Shown piece after piece: positions 1-9,922 of a DNA stretch of 64,000 nucleotides; the stretch's first letter is position 1; each line of letters starts with the position of its first letter. Made by a program: the position numbers and the translations under genes. Source of the DNA: an uncultured Candidatus Saccharibacteria bacterium (GTDB lineage Bacteria > Patescibacteriota > WWE3 > 9FT-COMBO-53-11); contig CAYGCK010000001.1 in NCBI GenBank assembly GCA_964348395.1, positions 21,018 to 85,017 on the forward strand, read 5' to 3'. A model generated the notes under the pieces. That model ran no database searches and was not told the DNA's origin. It was given only the letters and a program-made list of their open reading frames with translations.

Positions 1-2299
1 AGTGTTCCTGATATATCCTTGAAAGCTCTGCAAGTGAAACACGCTCGCCGCGCAGTTTCCTCACCTCAAACTCTCGAAGAGTCTCGTGCACCGAGATTCC
101 AAAGCTCATAGGCGGTGTGGGAGGAGCAGGGATCTTAAGTATGTAAGCGTAGCGGTACTTCCAAGGACAGGTTTTGTAATCCTCCAGCTGAGAATAAGAA
201 AGCTTGGAGGGAATTTGTGCCTTAAGGTCTGCCCTCCTAATTTTCTTCTTCACCTCAATAACGGACGGGGTGGTCAGCCCGTCCGGCCTCTCGGGCACTT
301 CCAGACCTAACTCATGAATAAACTGTGAAGGACGCTTCTCCCGCAAACCTCCATAGTTTTGTGCAAACGACAAAAACAGCTGCTCTGAAGCCCGTGTCGC
401 TCCCACATAAAATAACCGCCTCTCCTCCTCAATGTGACCGGATTTTGCCAAATCCTCGGGTGAGGATTTATCCCCAGCTCTCGCGAACCGCAATTCCTTT
501 ATAAAGTGTTGCGGTAATTCAATAGAAGCTGACCGGCGCCTCGTTGGAAAACGGTCTGATGTCAAAGAAACCAAGAATACTACCGGGAACTCCAGACCCT
601 TAGCCGCGTGTACCGTCATAAGGTTTATAGTGTCGACATCCTCGATAACGGCCTGGGCTGGAGACTCGCCCGCCTCGATTAGCATATCGAGCCAATCGAC
701 AAGTTCGGGGATATTCGGTTCTCTGATTCGCGACTCGAACTGCTGGATTTTTTGAAAAAACAAAGAAATATTTTCGACCTTGAGTTGATTCTCCACACTC
801 GAAATTTCAGAAAGCTTTTCGACATAGCCGCTTTTTTGCACGAAGTCAAAGAGCAGATGGGACGGCGCAACGGTCAGCGCGTCGCGCGTTAGAGATTTGA
901 TTATCTTCAATCCCGGAAACTTCGCCTCCTCAAGAACATCGGACATTGCCTTGTGATCCCTGCTAGCTTTGTTTAAAAAATCTAAAACCTCTCGTGCCGT
1001 TAGCCCAAAGCTTGGTATGGATAAAACCTTAAACCACGCTATGTTGTCCTCTGGGTCTTTAATAACGCGAAGGACCGCCAAAAGCGCCGCGACCTCTTCT
1101 TGCTGGAAAAGTCCACGGTTACCGACAATCTGAAAGGGTAGCTCGTGTCGCTTGGCGGCTGCGATAAAAGGATCAAGGTGTGCGTTTGCGCGAGCCAAAA
1201 TAGCAAAATCCTTAAACTGCCGGCCTTGCGTGTTGACCATCTCGACAACTTTTCGCAAAACCGCTTCTGCTTCCTCCTCGGGCGCTCTCGTGTATAGCAA
1301 TTGAGGGTCTGGCCCGGTCTTTAAAGTATTTAGCTTCTTGGAGATCTTCTTTAGTTTAACCTCCAGACGGTTGGGGTTGTTGTTCTGTATAAGTTCATAG
1401 GTCAACCGCGCTATCGCATCGGTTAATCTGTAGGACGTTCTCAGGACCCTGGTTTTGGCCTGAGGATATATTCTTTTGAACTCTAAGGTGTTTGCGACTG
1501 ACGCACCGCGCCATTTGTAAATAGCTTGATCGTCGTCCCCAACTACGATAAGATTCGCAGAACGACTGGTCGACCGGACTGCTTGCCGGCTTGAAATGAG
1601 GAGTTTGAGTAAAGAAAATTGAGCAACATTTGTATCCTGAAACTCGTCGACGAAAATGTATTTGAATTGTTCGCGATACTGCTTGAGGATGTTCGGTCGA
1701 TCCTTAAAAAGTTTTATCGTCCAGGTTACAAGGTCGCCAAAATCAAGATATGAGTTTTTTACGAGAAGTTTTTGATACGCCTCATAAACCCGCCCGAGCT
1801 CAAGTTGCCGCTTTGCCTCCTCTTTCTCTTCTTTGCCTTTCGCCTTTTTCTTTTGCCTCATAGCCCACCTAAGGTACTCCTTTGGGGTTACCTCCTCGTC
1901 TTTGGCGCGTGAGAAGAAATTCAAGAGCGCGGTCAAGAATCGCGTTGGGTTGCCGAGCGGTCGATAATACTTTAGGGGTAGCTCGTAAAGATGTTGCCGA
2001 AGAAGTATCCAAGCCTCCGGTTCGGTTATTATCCGGTAAGCTGGGTCGAGTCCCACGTCGAGTGAGCGCTCGCGAAGGACACGCTCACAAAACCCGTGAA
2101 AGGTCAAAACCCAGGGCGGCTCATACCCCAGAGGCATCTCTTCGTCAAGGCGCCCGAGCATCTCCTCGGAGGCCTTTTCGGTGAAGGTCAAAGCCAGAAT
2201 GCCCGCGGGGTCTTGGTCTTTTTCAAGAAGTTTCTTAATCTCGTCCGTGATATAGGTGGTTTTTCCGGTGCCGGGTCCGGCTACGACAAGTCTGACCAT
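1..2299 (-). CDS. UvrD/PcrA-family ATP-dependent DNA helicase (3' end outside window)
   Basis: Minus-strand frame from ATG at 2299 reads MVRLVVAGPGTGKTT (Walker A). Further in: VDEFQDTN (helicase motif III, ~1590-1615) and IVVGDDDQAIYKWRGA (motif IV, ~1525-1575). Frame stays open to position 2, so the gene is partial; it is absent from the ORF track for that reason. Confidence 0.8.
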   Translation of the reverse strand, partial: MVRLVVAGPGTGKTTYITDEIKKLLEKDQDPAGILALTFTEKASEEMLGRLDEEMPLGYEPPWVLTFHGFCERVLRERSLDVGLDPAYRIITEPEAWILLRQHLYELPLKYYRPLGNPTRFLTALLNFFSRAKDEEVTPKEYLRWAMRQKKKAKGKEEKEEAKRQLELGRVYEAYQKLLVKNSYLDFGDLVTWTIKLFKDRPNILKQYREQFKYIFVDEFQDTNVAQFSLLKLLISSRQAVRSTSRSANLIVVGDDDQAIYKWRGASVANTLEFKRIYPQAKTRVLRTSYRLTDAIARLTYELIQNNNPNRLEVKLKKISKKLNTLKTGPDPQLLYTRAPEEEAEAVLRKVVEMVNTQGRQFKDFAILARANAHLDPFIAAAKRHELPFQIVGNRGLFQQEEVAALLAVLRVIKDPEDNIAWFKVLSIPSFGLTAREVLDFLNKASRDHKAMSDVLEEAKFPGLKIIKSLTRDALTVAPSHLLFDFVQKSGYVEKLSEISSVENQLKVENISLFFQKIQQFESRIREPNIPELVDWLDMLIEAGESPAQAVIEDVDTINLMTVHAAKGLEFPVVFLVSLTSDRFPTRRRSASIELPQHFIKELRFARAGDKSSPEDLAKSGHIEEERRLFYVGATRASEQLFLSFAQNYGGLREKRPSQFIHELGLEVPERPDGLTTPSVIEVKKKIRRADLKAQIPSKLSYSQLEDYKTCPWKYRYAYILKIPAPPTPPMSFGISVHETLREFEVRKLRGERVSLAELSRIYQEH

Positions 2300-2327
2300 T
2301 AAGAAAACTATACCAGCATCCTAAAAC

Positions 2328-2355
2328 TTGCATTTTAAAAGTTATGGGTTACTAT
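2328..2355 (+). promoter_or_regulatory. sigma70-like promoter (TTGCAT-N16-TACTAT) for the Flp pilin gene
   Basis: -35 TTGCAT at 2328-2333 and -10 TACTAT at 2350-2355. The leader contains hairpin CCCGCC-TCA-GGCGGG just before the SD GCAAGGAGAG. Confidence 0.45.
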
Positions 2356-2421
2356 TTAAGGCGAGCGCACCCTAAACTGCAAGTCAAAAACCCGCCTCAG
2401 GCGGGGCAAGGAGAGTTACAC

Positions 2422-2568
2422 ATGTTGTTTGCACCCAAGGAACGAGGCCAGGGCTTGGTCGAGTATGCTCTGATCCTGGTTTTGGTCGCGGTCGTCGTGA
2501 TCGTGATCCTGGCACTCCTGGGCCCGGCCGTCGGCAACGTGTTCAGCAACATCGTCAGCAACATCTGA
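2422..2568 (+). CDS. Flp/Fap-family type IVb pilin (48 aa)
   Basis: MLFAPKERGQG|LVEYALILVLVAVVVIVILALL carries the Flp hallmark G-x4-EY followed by a hydrophobic helix. SD AAGGAGAG lies 6 nt upstream of ATG 2422. The ORF-track start at 2344 falls inside the promoter spacer and is rejected. Confidence 0.8.
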   Translation: MLFAPKERGQGLVEYALILVLVAVVVIVILALLGPAVGNVFSNIVSNI

Positions 2569-2589
2569 TCGACTATCGATTCGAGAAGA

Positions 2590-2662
2590 CTTAACTAGTT
2601 CATCTGCACAGGAAGGGTGCGCGGGGCGATTGTGTGTTTGTCCGCACAGTCGCCCTTTCCTG
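2590..2662. terminator. imperfect long hairpin between convergent genes (possible bidirectional terminator)
   Basis: cacaggaagggtgcgcgg ... ccgcacagtcgccctttcctgt forms an approximate inverted repeat and is followed by an attttt run. Confidence 0.3.
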
Positions 2663-2663
2663 T

Positions 2664-3644
2664 TTAACCGATTTTTAACACCCGAACCTGCCGGGTTTCC
2701 TCCTCAAACTTAAGGACGCGAAGGCCGACAAGTCCCCGGTAAACAAGCTCAAACACCCCAATGCAAAAGAGTGTAAAAACCGGAGTCAAGAAAAGCAGAG
2801 AAAGCGCTACACCGAGTGAGGCAATGAGCGGAATGAAGGGAAGGTACGGACCCAAGAAGTCCGCTATAAAAAGATCCAAATCCTGGCCTAGTTGCTCTCG
2901 GAGAGATTCGCTCAAGTTTTGCGCGAGTCGGTCTGGAGTACCCACCTCCCCCTCACCGAGAGTGATATTAAACTGTTCCTGCAAAACCTCAAGAAGACCC
3001 GTCTTTTTAAGCTCCTCTAAAAACTGCTCCTCGGATAGTTCCTGCGAACCGAATTGCTCCTGCACCTGCTCTATTGCTCGATCGACCACAAAGTTAAGCG
3101 TCGGGTTAAGAACCTCCTCGGGGACCTTAAATTGGGAAACCGCGGAGTGCTGGGTCGAAAAGTAAACCAAAAACCCGCCGATTACAGTAAAAAAGAAAAA
3201 GAACCTAGAATAGGAAGCCCCAAACATAGTAGAGGAGAAAATAGAACGGGTTGAGACGGCGCGGCGGGAGACATAGTCAAGAACCAAAAGCGCCCCAAGA
3301 TAAAGAAAGGGTAAAAAGAGCCGAAAGTGCATCGGTATAGGGACGGGCGCGGGCCCGACAAAAAACGCCAGACCAAAGCCCAGGGTTGCCGACCCATAAC
3401 CAATCGCTCGCCATACCCTATCGGATGTAACAGAAAAAATGGTTAGAAAAGCGACGGTTAGAACAAAGGATAATACAAGCGGTAAGAATCTCCTCCAAAG
3501 AGCGGGATCCAAGATAAACCCCTCCCTAAAAACCGCCTCTAAAAAGAACCCCAAAGCAACGCTCCCTAAAACTACGGCGGCGGCAACCAACGCCATCTTT
3601 GGGTTAAACGCTGTTTTCGATTCTATGCTTGACGATGCCTCCAC
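2664..3644 (-). CDS. hypothetical polytopic membrane protein
   Basis: 326-aa ORF with several hydrophobic helices and an acidic coiled region; no recognisable family. Confidence 0.5.
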   Translation of the reverse strand: MEASSSIESKTAFNPKMALVAAAVVLGSVALGFFLEAVFREGFILDPALWRRFLPLVLSFVLTVAFLTIFSVTSDRVWRAIGYGSATLGFGLAFFVGPAPVPIPMHFRLFLPFLYLGALLVLDYVSRRAVSTRSIFSSTMFGASYSRFFFFFTVIGGFLVYFSTQHSAVSQFKVPEEVLNPTLNFVVDRAIEQVQEQFGSQELSEEQFLEELKKTGLLEVLQEQFNITLGEGEVGTPDRLAQNLSESLREQLGQDLDLFIADFLGPYLPFIPLIASLGVALSLLFLTPVFTLFCIGVFELVYRGLVGLRVLKFEEETRQVRVLKIG

Positions 3645-3646
3645 AG

Positions 3647-4573
3647 TTACTTCCTTGGTTTTGAGTCCAAATCCTCCAAGCTTTCCAACTTGCCCAAAAG
3701 CGAAGAAAAGACAGAAACCAATCTATCGACGTTGTTTTTTGCATTTGCCACCTGATTGGAAGCGGTACCCAAGAGCCCCTCAAAATCCCGCGCGTCTTTG
3801 GAAACGGAATGGATCATTCTTATAAGCTCCTCCGCCTGTTCGGCAAACTGTTCGCGCTTTAGAGAAAAGGTCAAAAACTGCAACGTAACCCAGAACGTCT
3901 GTGGAGAGGTAAAGTAAGCCCTTTTAGAGAGTGCGTACTGCCAAAGTTCCGAATCAGAAACCACCTCCTGGAACATTGGCTCGTAGGGCACATACATAAG
4001 AACAAAAGGTACCGTCCCCTCATCCGGGCGGATGTAGGAAGCGGTTTCATCCAGCTTTTGCTTCACATTTCTTTTGAATGCGCGCCAAGCTGGGTCCCTT
4101 TCCTCCTCGCTCTTAGCGGAGGCATAGACCTGGAAATCTTCGACGGGGAACTTGGAATCCACGGGAACCAGAAGCCCACCGCTTGTTTTCACCACCGCGT
4201 CAACCCTATCTCTTCCAAGCTGATATTGAGCTTCCCACCTGTCCTTGGGCAAAACCTGGCGTAAAAGGTCAGTCAGAACCGCCTCCCCCACACCTCCGCG
4301 GTACTTAGACGCCTTGAGCGATTCTTGAAATTCTCTAAGCTGGGTAGTCACATCGCGCACACCTCCGATATCACGAGTCACCGCATGGAGGCGTTCATCG
4401 AGCGATTTGAGATTAGCGCCGAGCTCACCCCGGTGTTGCTCAAGCCTCTGCAAAATCTCCTCCCCCCTGAAACGGGAGCCCCTCTGGCTCCTCTCCTCAA
4501 GAAGAAGAAAGAGAATACCCCCAACCGCCACCAATAGGACGACAATGAGAATAATGATTAAAGCGTCCATCAA
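3647..4573 (-). CDS. rmuC: DNA recombination protein RmuC homolog
   Basis: N-terminal TM, coiled coil, and a C-terminal region (VPFVLMYVPYEPMFQEV ...) typical of the RmuC family. Confidence 0.7.
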   Translation of the reverse strand: MMDALIIILIVVLLVAVGGILFLLLEERSQRGSRFRGEEILQRLEQHRGELGANLKSLDERLHAVTRDIGGVRDVTTQLREFQESLKASKYRGGVGEAVLTDLLRQVLPKDRWEAQYQLGRDRVDAVVKTSGGLLVPVDSKFPVEDFQVYASAKSEEERDPAWRAFKRNVKQKLDETASYIRPDEGTVPFVLMYVPYEPMFQEVVSDSELWQYALSKRAYFTSPQTFWVTLQFLTFSLKREQFAEQAEELIRMIHSVSKDARDFEGLLGTASNQVANAKNNVDRLVSVFSSLLGKLESLEDLDSKPRK

Positions 4574-4617
4574 GAAAAGTCTATCAGAGTCCCTTTTCGC
4601 TAAGCTTAAAGAAGAAG

Positions 4618-5016
4618 ATGAGAAGAACTCTTCCCACGAGAAAAAAAATCAAGCGCGACGCGACCCCTAGGGTAATTTACCTTATTGGGTTCTTGGCCTA
4701 CGCGGCGTGGGGCGGATGGGCGTGGGTACTATTTAACCTTGCGCCCGAGGGGGTACCTAACCAGCTTGTCTTCTTAGGTACCTCCTTTCTTGCGCTTTTC
4801 TTGACCTTTCTCTTCCTTTTTTACCAAGCCGCAAAAGAGGCAACCGGTAAGGCTCCCCCAGTTGTGTTTTACCCAGCGGCTCGGCGCGCTTTTTTTGTCG
4901 CTTTCTTTTTTCCCGCTCTTGGAGTGATGAAACTACTTGGAATTTTTAATCTTATCAACGCCGGGCTTTTGAGCTTGATCCTCCTTCTTGTTGAGATTCA
5001 AATAAGTAGAGGTTGA
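4618..5016 (+). CDS. small membrane protein, unknown function
   Basis: 132-aa ORF with 3-4 predicted TM helices. Confidence 0.4.
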   Translation: MRRTLPTRKKIKRDATPRVIYLIGFLAYAAWGGWAWVLFNLAPEGVPNQLVFLGTSFLALFLTFLFLFYQAAKEATGKAPPVVFYPAARRAFFVAFFFPALGVMKLLGIFNLINAGLLSLILLLVEIQISRG

Positions 5017-5040
5017 TGGCAAGAGGTATCATTAACTGAA

Positions 5041-6462
5041 ATGCCAAAGGAAAAGTTCTATGTCACAACCGCCATACCCTACGTCAACGCCGCCCCTCAT
5101 ATTGGGTTTGCTCTCGAGATTGTCCAAACGGACGCCCTAGCCCGCTACCACCGCTTGCTCGGTGAGGAAACCTATTTTCTGACCGGAACTGATGAAAACG
5201 CTCTAAAAAACGTCCAAGCTGCTTTGACTGCGGGGGTGGACGTAAAGACATTTGTCGACCAAAACTCCCAGCGCTTTGAAGACTTAAAAGGTGTCTTAAA
5301 TATCTTGTCCGACGATTTCATAAGAACGACCGAGGACCGCCACAAGAAAGGTGCTCAAAAACTTTGGAAGGCTTGTAGGGGAGAGGACATATATAAGAAA
5401 AAGTACAAAGGGCTCTACTGCGTGGGGTGCGAGGAGTTTAAAACAAAAAAGGAACTGGTCGACGGCAGGTGCCCAGAGCACAACACCGTACCGGAGAAGG
5501 TCGAAGAGGAGAACTATTTCTTCCGTCTTTCCAAGTATCGAGACGAACTCAAGAGTCTAATCGAGAAAGACGAGCTGAAAATCGTCCCCGAATCTCGAAA
5601 GAACGAGGTTCTCTCCTTTATCAATCAAGGCTTGGAAGATTTTTCCATCTCCCGCTCAAAAGAACGAGCGAAAGGGTGGGGCGTCCCTGTTCCGGGCGAC
5701 GCTACCCAGGTAATGTACGTTTGGTTTGACGCCTTAGCCAACTACATAACCGGTCTGGGTTACGCAGAAGAAGGCGAACTCTTTAAGAAATTCTGGCTCA
5801 AAAATGAGAGCCGCGTGCACGTCATCGGCAAGGGAATCCTGCGCTTCCACGCCGTCTACTGGCCGGCGATGCTCCTGTCGGCCGGTCTTCCCCTACCGAC
5901 TGCAGAGTTTGTCCACGGCTACCTCACCGTCGAGGGGCAAAAAATCAGCAAGTCACTGGGCAACGCTATAGATCCCTTTACCCTTACCAAAAAGTACGGA
6001 ACCGATCCCGTGCGCTACTATCTCCTCTCCAAATTTTCACCTTATGAGGATGGAGATTTTTCAGAAAATCACCTCAAAGAGGTTTATAATTCCGATCTGG
6101 CTAACGGGTTGGGAAATTTGGTGTCTAGGATAGCGAAGCTAGCCGAAGGAAGAAAGTTCGAAGTTAAAAGTTCGAAGTTAAAAGTTGAGAAGTATCATAA
6201 ATCCTTGGAGGAATTTAGGTTTGACGAAGCCCTAGGATTTATTTGGTCAGAAATTTCGGAATTGGATCGGTACGTAAACGAACAAAAACCTTGGGAAAAG
6301 AAAGGCGCTGACCTTGAAAAAGATCTGACCCACCTAACCTCCAACCTATTACACCTGACGCCTATCCTAGAGCCCTTCCTCCCAGAAACCGCGGAGAGAA
6401 TCCGGAAACAATTCAGCGGAAAGATCACTCCCGCCGAACCCCTGTTCCCTAGGATAGGGTAA
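5041..6462 (+). CDS. metG: methionyl-tRNA synthetase (short form)
   Basis: YVTTAIPYVNAAPHIGFALE (HIGH motif), KISKSLGNAIDP (KMSKS motif), and a class I aaRS catalytic core resembling MetRS. Confidence 0.85.
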   Translation: MPKEKFYVTTAIPYVNAAPHIGFALEIVQTDALARYHRLLGEETYFLTGTDENALKNVQAALTAGVDVKTFVDQNSQRFEDLKGVLNILSDDFIRTTEDRHKKGAQKLWKACRGEDIYKKKYKGLYCVGCEEFKTKKELVDGRCPEHNTVPEKVEEENYFFRLSKYRDELKSLIEKDELKIVPESRKNEVLSFINQGLEDFSISRSKERAKGWGVPVPGDATQVMYVWFDALANYITGLGYAEEGELFKKFWLKNESRVHVIGKGILRFHAVYWPAMLLSAGLPLPTAEFVHGYLTVEGQKISKSLGNAIDPFTLTKKYGTDPVRYYLLSKFSPYEDGDFSENHLKEVYNSDLANGLGNLVSRIAKLAEGRKFEVKSSKLKVEKYHKSLEEFRFDEALGFIWSEISELDRYVNEQKPWEKKGADLEKDLTHLTSNLLHLTPILEPFLPETAERIRKQFSGKITPAEPLFPRIG

Positions 6463-6487
6463 AATACTAGGGATTGCGCCCTAATAG

Positions 6488-8005
6488 ATGGTCAAGGAAT
6501 TAGTCGAAAAACACGAAGATAAGTTCCACAGATTTTTTGAAATGGTGCCGGGTCTTTTGACCTGGGGGGTGTTGCTGTCCCCCGTATGGCTCGGTAGAAT
6601 TGCGCCTCAAGTGGTTGTTTTCTTCTTGACCTTCTTGGCAATATTTTGGGTCTACCGCGCCTTTATACACCTTGTCGGGGTCGTGGTAGGCTACCGTCGC
6701 TACAACCGAGAGAGCAAGGTCGATTGGCTTTCTGAGATTCAAAACCTTTGGGGATTTGAACACCTTAAACACCTCGTCATAATCCCGGCCGTCTCGGAAA
6801 GCTATGAGGTTTTGGAAGGAACCTTCTCCTCTATCGCCGACCAAGATTACCCCCAAGACAAGATCTTCGTCGCTTTCTCGGTAGAAGAGAAAAACGCCAA
6901 GCGCATCCTCAAGGACGTTAAGAAGATAAAAAAGAAGTTCGGAAAGCGACTCGGTACCGTTTGGACATTTGTCCACCCCAGGGGATTACCCGGGGAGGCG
7001 GTAGGTGCGGCCTCCAATAGAACATGGGCGGCAAAACGAGCGGTTGAAAAGATTAAGGAACTCGGATTTGAAACGGACGATTTTCTCATGACCACGCTTG
7101 ACGCAGATATGCGGTTTCACCCGCAGTTTCTGGCTCGTCTTTCTCGCGCGTTCTTAACCGACCCGGAGCGCAAGAACAAGTTCTTCCAAACGGCCGTCTA
7201 TCTTTTTGACAACAATCTTTGGGACGTGCCGCCTCTTATGAGGATACAAGCAAACTCCATAACGCTGGCAGTCTTATCCTCCTGGGTCATAGAACCGGAC
7301 CGCAAAGATACGTGGTCTTGCTACTCGGTGCCTCTAACGACCCTTATGGAGACGGGCTACTGGGACACCTCTTTGGGGGTTGACGATACGCCGTTTTACT
7401 GGAGAACTCTTATTAAAAAGGAAGGAAATTTTGAGGGACATCACTTCTACGTGCCCGTCTACGCCGACGCGGTACAAGACGAGGGGTTCATTAAAACCCA
7501 TGTTTCCCAGTACAAGCAGCTCCTTCGTTGGGGGTGGGGCGTTATAACCTTTCCCATCGCCATGAAAGGTTTCCTTACGACCAAGATGTCTTTATCCCTC
7601 AAGCTTTCCAAGCTTTATCATCTCCTGGAGCAATACACCATCTGGAGAACGGTTACCTTTCTCATAACCTTTGGTTTCTTGCTTCTAACTCTTGCCAACC
7701 CCGATATAAGACTTACCTCGGCGGGTTACAGGTTGCCTAAGATAACGGGTGTTATCCTCACAACCGCGTTTATCTTCCTTGTCCCTTTGACATTCCTGCG
7801 CTCCAAGATATCAAGCAACATCCCATCTGGCTGGCCGTGGTGGAAAAGAGTGTGGGCGTGGGTTGAGGGTCCTCTTGTGATACTCAATCTTCTAACCTAC
7901 ACCTTCATACCTTACATAGACGCGGAAACCCGTCTCATGCTAGGAAAACGACTTGAGTTTTGGCCCACCCCTAAGGTAAGAGAACAAAAAGAAGATGGGG
8001 TCTAA
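6488..8005 (+). CDS. membrane glycosyltransferase family 2 (processive, cellulose/chitin-synthase-like)
   Basis: DAD (DXD) motif in TTLDADMRFHPQFL, QxxRW motif (QYKQLLRW), and flanking TM helices. Confidence 0.65.
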   Translation: MVKELVEKHEDKFHRFFEMVPGLLTWGVLLSPVWLGRIAPQVVVFFLTFLAIFWVYRAFIHLVGVVVGYRRYNRESKVDWLSEIQNLWGFEHLKHLVIIPAVSESYEVLEGTFSSIADQDYPQDKIFVAFSVEEKNAKRILKDVKKIKKKFGKRLGTVWTFVHPRGLPGEAVGAASNRTWAAKRAVEKIKELGFETDDFLMTTLDADMRFHPQFLARLSRAFLTDPERKNKFFQTAVYLFDNNLWDVPPLMRIQANSITLAVLSSWVIEPDRKDTWSCYSVPLTTLMETGYWDTSLGVDDTPFYWRTLIKKEGNFEGHHFYVPVYADAVQDEGFIKTHVSQYKQLLRWGWGVITFPIAMKGFLTTKMSLSLKLSKLYHLLEQYTIWRTVTFLITFGFLLLTLANPDIRLTSAGYRLPKITGVILTTAFIFLVPLTFLRSKISSNIPSGWPWWKRVWAWVEGPLVILNLLTYTFIPYIDAETRLMLGKRLEFWPTPKVREQKEDGV

Positions 8006-9446
8006 ACTTAAAAACCTCCTTAAGGAAAAGCCTAGATTCTTGAGCTCATCTCCCCTTATTTTTCCTTTTGGCCTTTCGGCGCTCGTGATCTTCGCCGCTA
8101 CCTTTACTTTGGCTCTTTCCTTCGGAACGCTTCCGCAGGAGGTTCCGCTCCTTTTCACAACAAGCCAAGCTCTAACCAGCAAATCCCTACTTTTTGCAGT
8201 GCCGGCACTTTCCGTTTTTTTTGTTGTCGTGGACGCAATAGCGGCGGAGGTGCTCCTTCGGCGAGGCGAAAAGGCCGCCGCCGTATTCCCGGCCTTCCTA
8301 GGTCTTTTTGTAAGTTCTATACTGTCGGGATCATTATTTAGAATCGTCAGAGTTTTCCCTATCTCCCCGCTTCCTTTTGAGCGGTTGTTATATCCCCTCC
8401 TTCTCCCGCTCGCCGTTTCTATAACCCTCGGTTTGCTTTTGACCTATGCGACAATCTTGGTCGCGAGGAAACTTCGCCTTTTTGACCGTCCCCACGGCCC
8501 CTACCCCAAAGTCCGCCCCATCCCGCGCCTCGGCGCGATTCCTATTTTTCTAACTTTTACCATGACCGCTCTCGCCTTCACACCCGCCGATCGACACCTT
8601 GTTGCTTTTCTTGCCGGGGCAGCTTTAATAACTATCATCCAAACCGTCGACGACGTGAGACCGCTCCCGCCCCTCGTGCAGGGTGCGGGGCATGTTTTGG
8701 CGGCCTTGATTATCGTTGCAGGAGGCGGTGGGGTGGATTTTATAAGAAATCCGCTCTCCCAATGGGTCGGGGGCCCTTATATCAGGCTCGACGCCATCGA
8801 AATACCAATAGCGCTTTTCGGAACAACCTACCATTTCACCGTTCTTGCCGACCTCTTCACCGTTCTGTGGGTTTTTGCGCTTATAAACGTGGTCGATTGG
8901 ATAGACGGGCTGGACGGGCTGGCCGCCGGCGTGGGAACGTTAGCGGGAGCGACGATTGTTCTTATATCCTTTATGGCTCAAACACCTGCGACCGCGGTTT
9001 TGGGAACCATTTTGGTAGGAACCCTTCTGGGTTTTTTGCCCTTAAACTTCTACCCGGCAAAGATATACCTGGGGGGAGGGGCGTTTCTTCTAGGGTACCT
9101 TTTGGCCGTTCTCTCCATCTTCTCGGGCGCAAAAACGGGAACGGCGATTTTGGTTCTAGCTATACCAATAATAGACGCGGCGTTTGTTATCTATAGACGG
9201 CTAAGGGCTGGTAAATCGCCCTTCAAAGGGGATAAAACCCATCTTCATCACAGACTTCTCGAGGCCGGATTCGCTCATCCGCATATCGTATTTTTGGAAT
9301 GGTTTGTGGTTTTAGCTCTGGCGGTGACGGCGGTCGCGCTTAGTGGATTCGCCAAGTTTGCGGCAGTTGCACTAGTATTTGCTGCAACTCTATTAGCAAA
9401 CAGATTACTACTAGCACACCTTGAGTCAAGAGCCCAAAAGCTTTAG
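7995..9446 (+). CDS. WecA/TagO/MraY-family polyprenyl-phosphate N-acetylhexosamine-1-phosphate transferase with N-terminal extension
   Basis: VVDWIDGLDGLAAG, KIYLGGGAFLLG and DKTHLHHRLL motifs are diagnostic of the GT4 MraY/WecA family; about 10 TM helices. Confidence 0.7.
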   Translation: MGSKLKNLLKEKPRFLSSSPLIFPFGLSALVIFAATFTLALSFGTLPQEVPLLFTTSQALTSKSLLFAVPALSVFFVVVDAIAAEVLLRRGEKAAAVFPAFLGLFVSSILSGSLFRIVRVFPISPLPFERLLYPLLLPLAVSITLGLLLTYATILVARKLRLFDRPHGPYPKVRPIPRLGAIPIFLTFTMTALAFTPADRHLVAFLAGAALITIIQTVDDVRPLPPLVQGAGHVLAALIIVAGGGGVDFIRNPLSQWVGGPYIRLDAIEIPIALFGTTYHFTVLADLFTVLWVFALINVVDWIDGLDGLAAGVGTLAGATIVLISFMAQTPATAVLGTILVGTLLGFLPLNFYPAKIYLGGGAFLLGYLLAVLSIFSGAKTGTAILVLAIPIIDAAFVIYRRLRAGKSPFKGDKTHLHHRLLEAGFAHPHIVFLEWFVVLALAVTAVALSGFAKFAAVALVFAATLLANRLLLAHLESRAQKL

Positions 9447-9849
9447 GAGCTTTAGCGGCTGTTTGAAGTTTGTTTTGCATCCTCACAACCCACATCACCG
9501 TCCCCCAACGTTTCCCAAAAAAAGCAAGAGGTAGGTAATAAATATCCGGAAGTATAGAGGCCACAAAACAGGCTCCCAAGGTTACTGCGACGCCGAAATC
9601 AGGCATGGCAAAATAGATTAGAAAGAGGGCGAGGGACAAAGCGACTAAAAAATCAAAAAGGACGGCTTTAAAAGCGGAACGTGAGATTCTTTTGAAGCGT
9701 TTCTCAAGAAGCCCTAACCCCACCTCGTCCCAGTGAGGAACGGCGTCCAAGACAAAATGTGAAGCAAACGCCAAAGGCACCGCTATTTTAGGGTCCGGAA
9801 TAGCAGCGCCGATCGCCATCCCTGCGGCCACGTGAGGGGTAAGTAGCAT
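9340..9849 (-). CDS. possible membrane-bound metal-dependent hydrolase (YdjM/DUF457-like)
   Basis: HVAAGMAIG ... HFVLDAVPHWDE pattern; no SD; 106-nt convergent overlap with the preceding gene lowers confidence. Confidence 0.35.
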   Translation of the reverse strand: MLLTPHVAAGMAIGAAIPDPKIAVPLAFASHFVLDAVPHWDEVGLGLLEKRFKRISRSAFKAVLFDFLVALSLALFLIYFAMPDFGVAVTLGACFVASILPDIYYLPLAFFGKRWGTVMWVVRMQNKLQTAAKAPKAFGLLTQGVLVVICLLIELQQILVQLPQTWRIH

Positions 9850-9922
9850 ATCAGTTGATAGTTTATAAGTTGTTGGTTTCGATTATCAAACTAAACTTTT
9901 ACGATAAAATCATTAAGGAGCA

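Noticed and set aside
2344-2421. ORF-track start of the 74-aa ORF containing the Flp pilin.
   Set aside because: That ATG lies inside the predicted promoter spacer and has no SD. The internal ATG at 2422 has AAGGAGAG and yields a canonical Flp prepilin.
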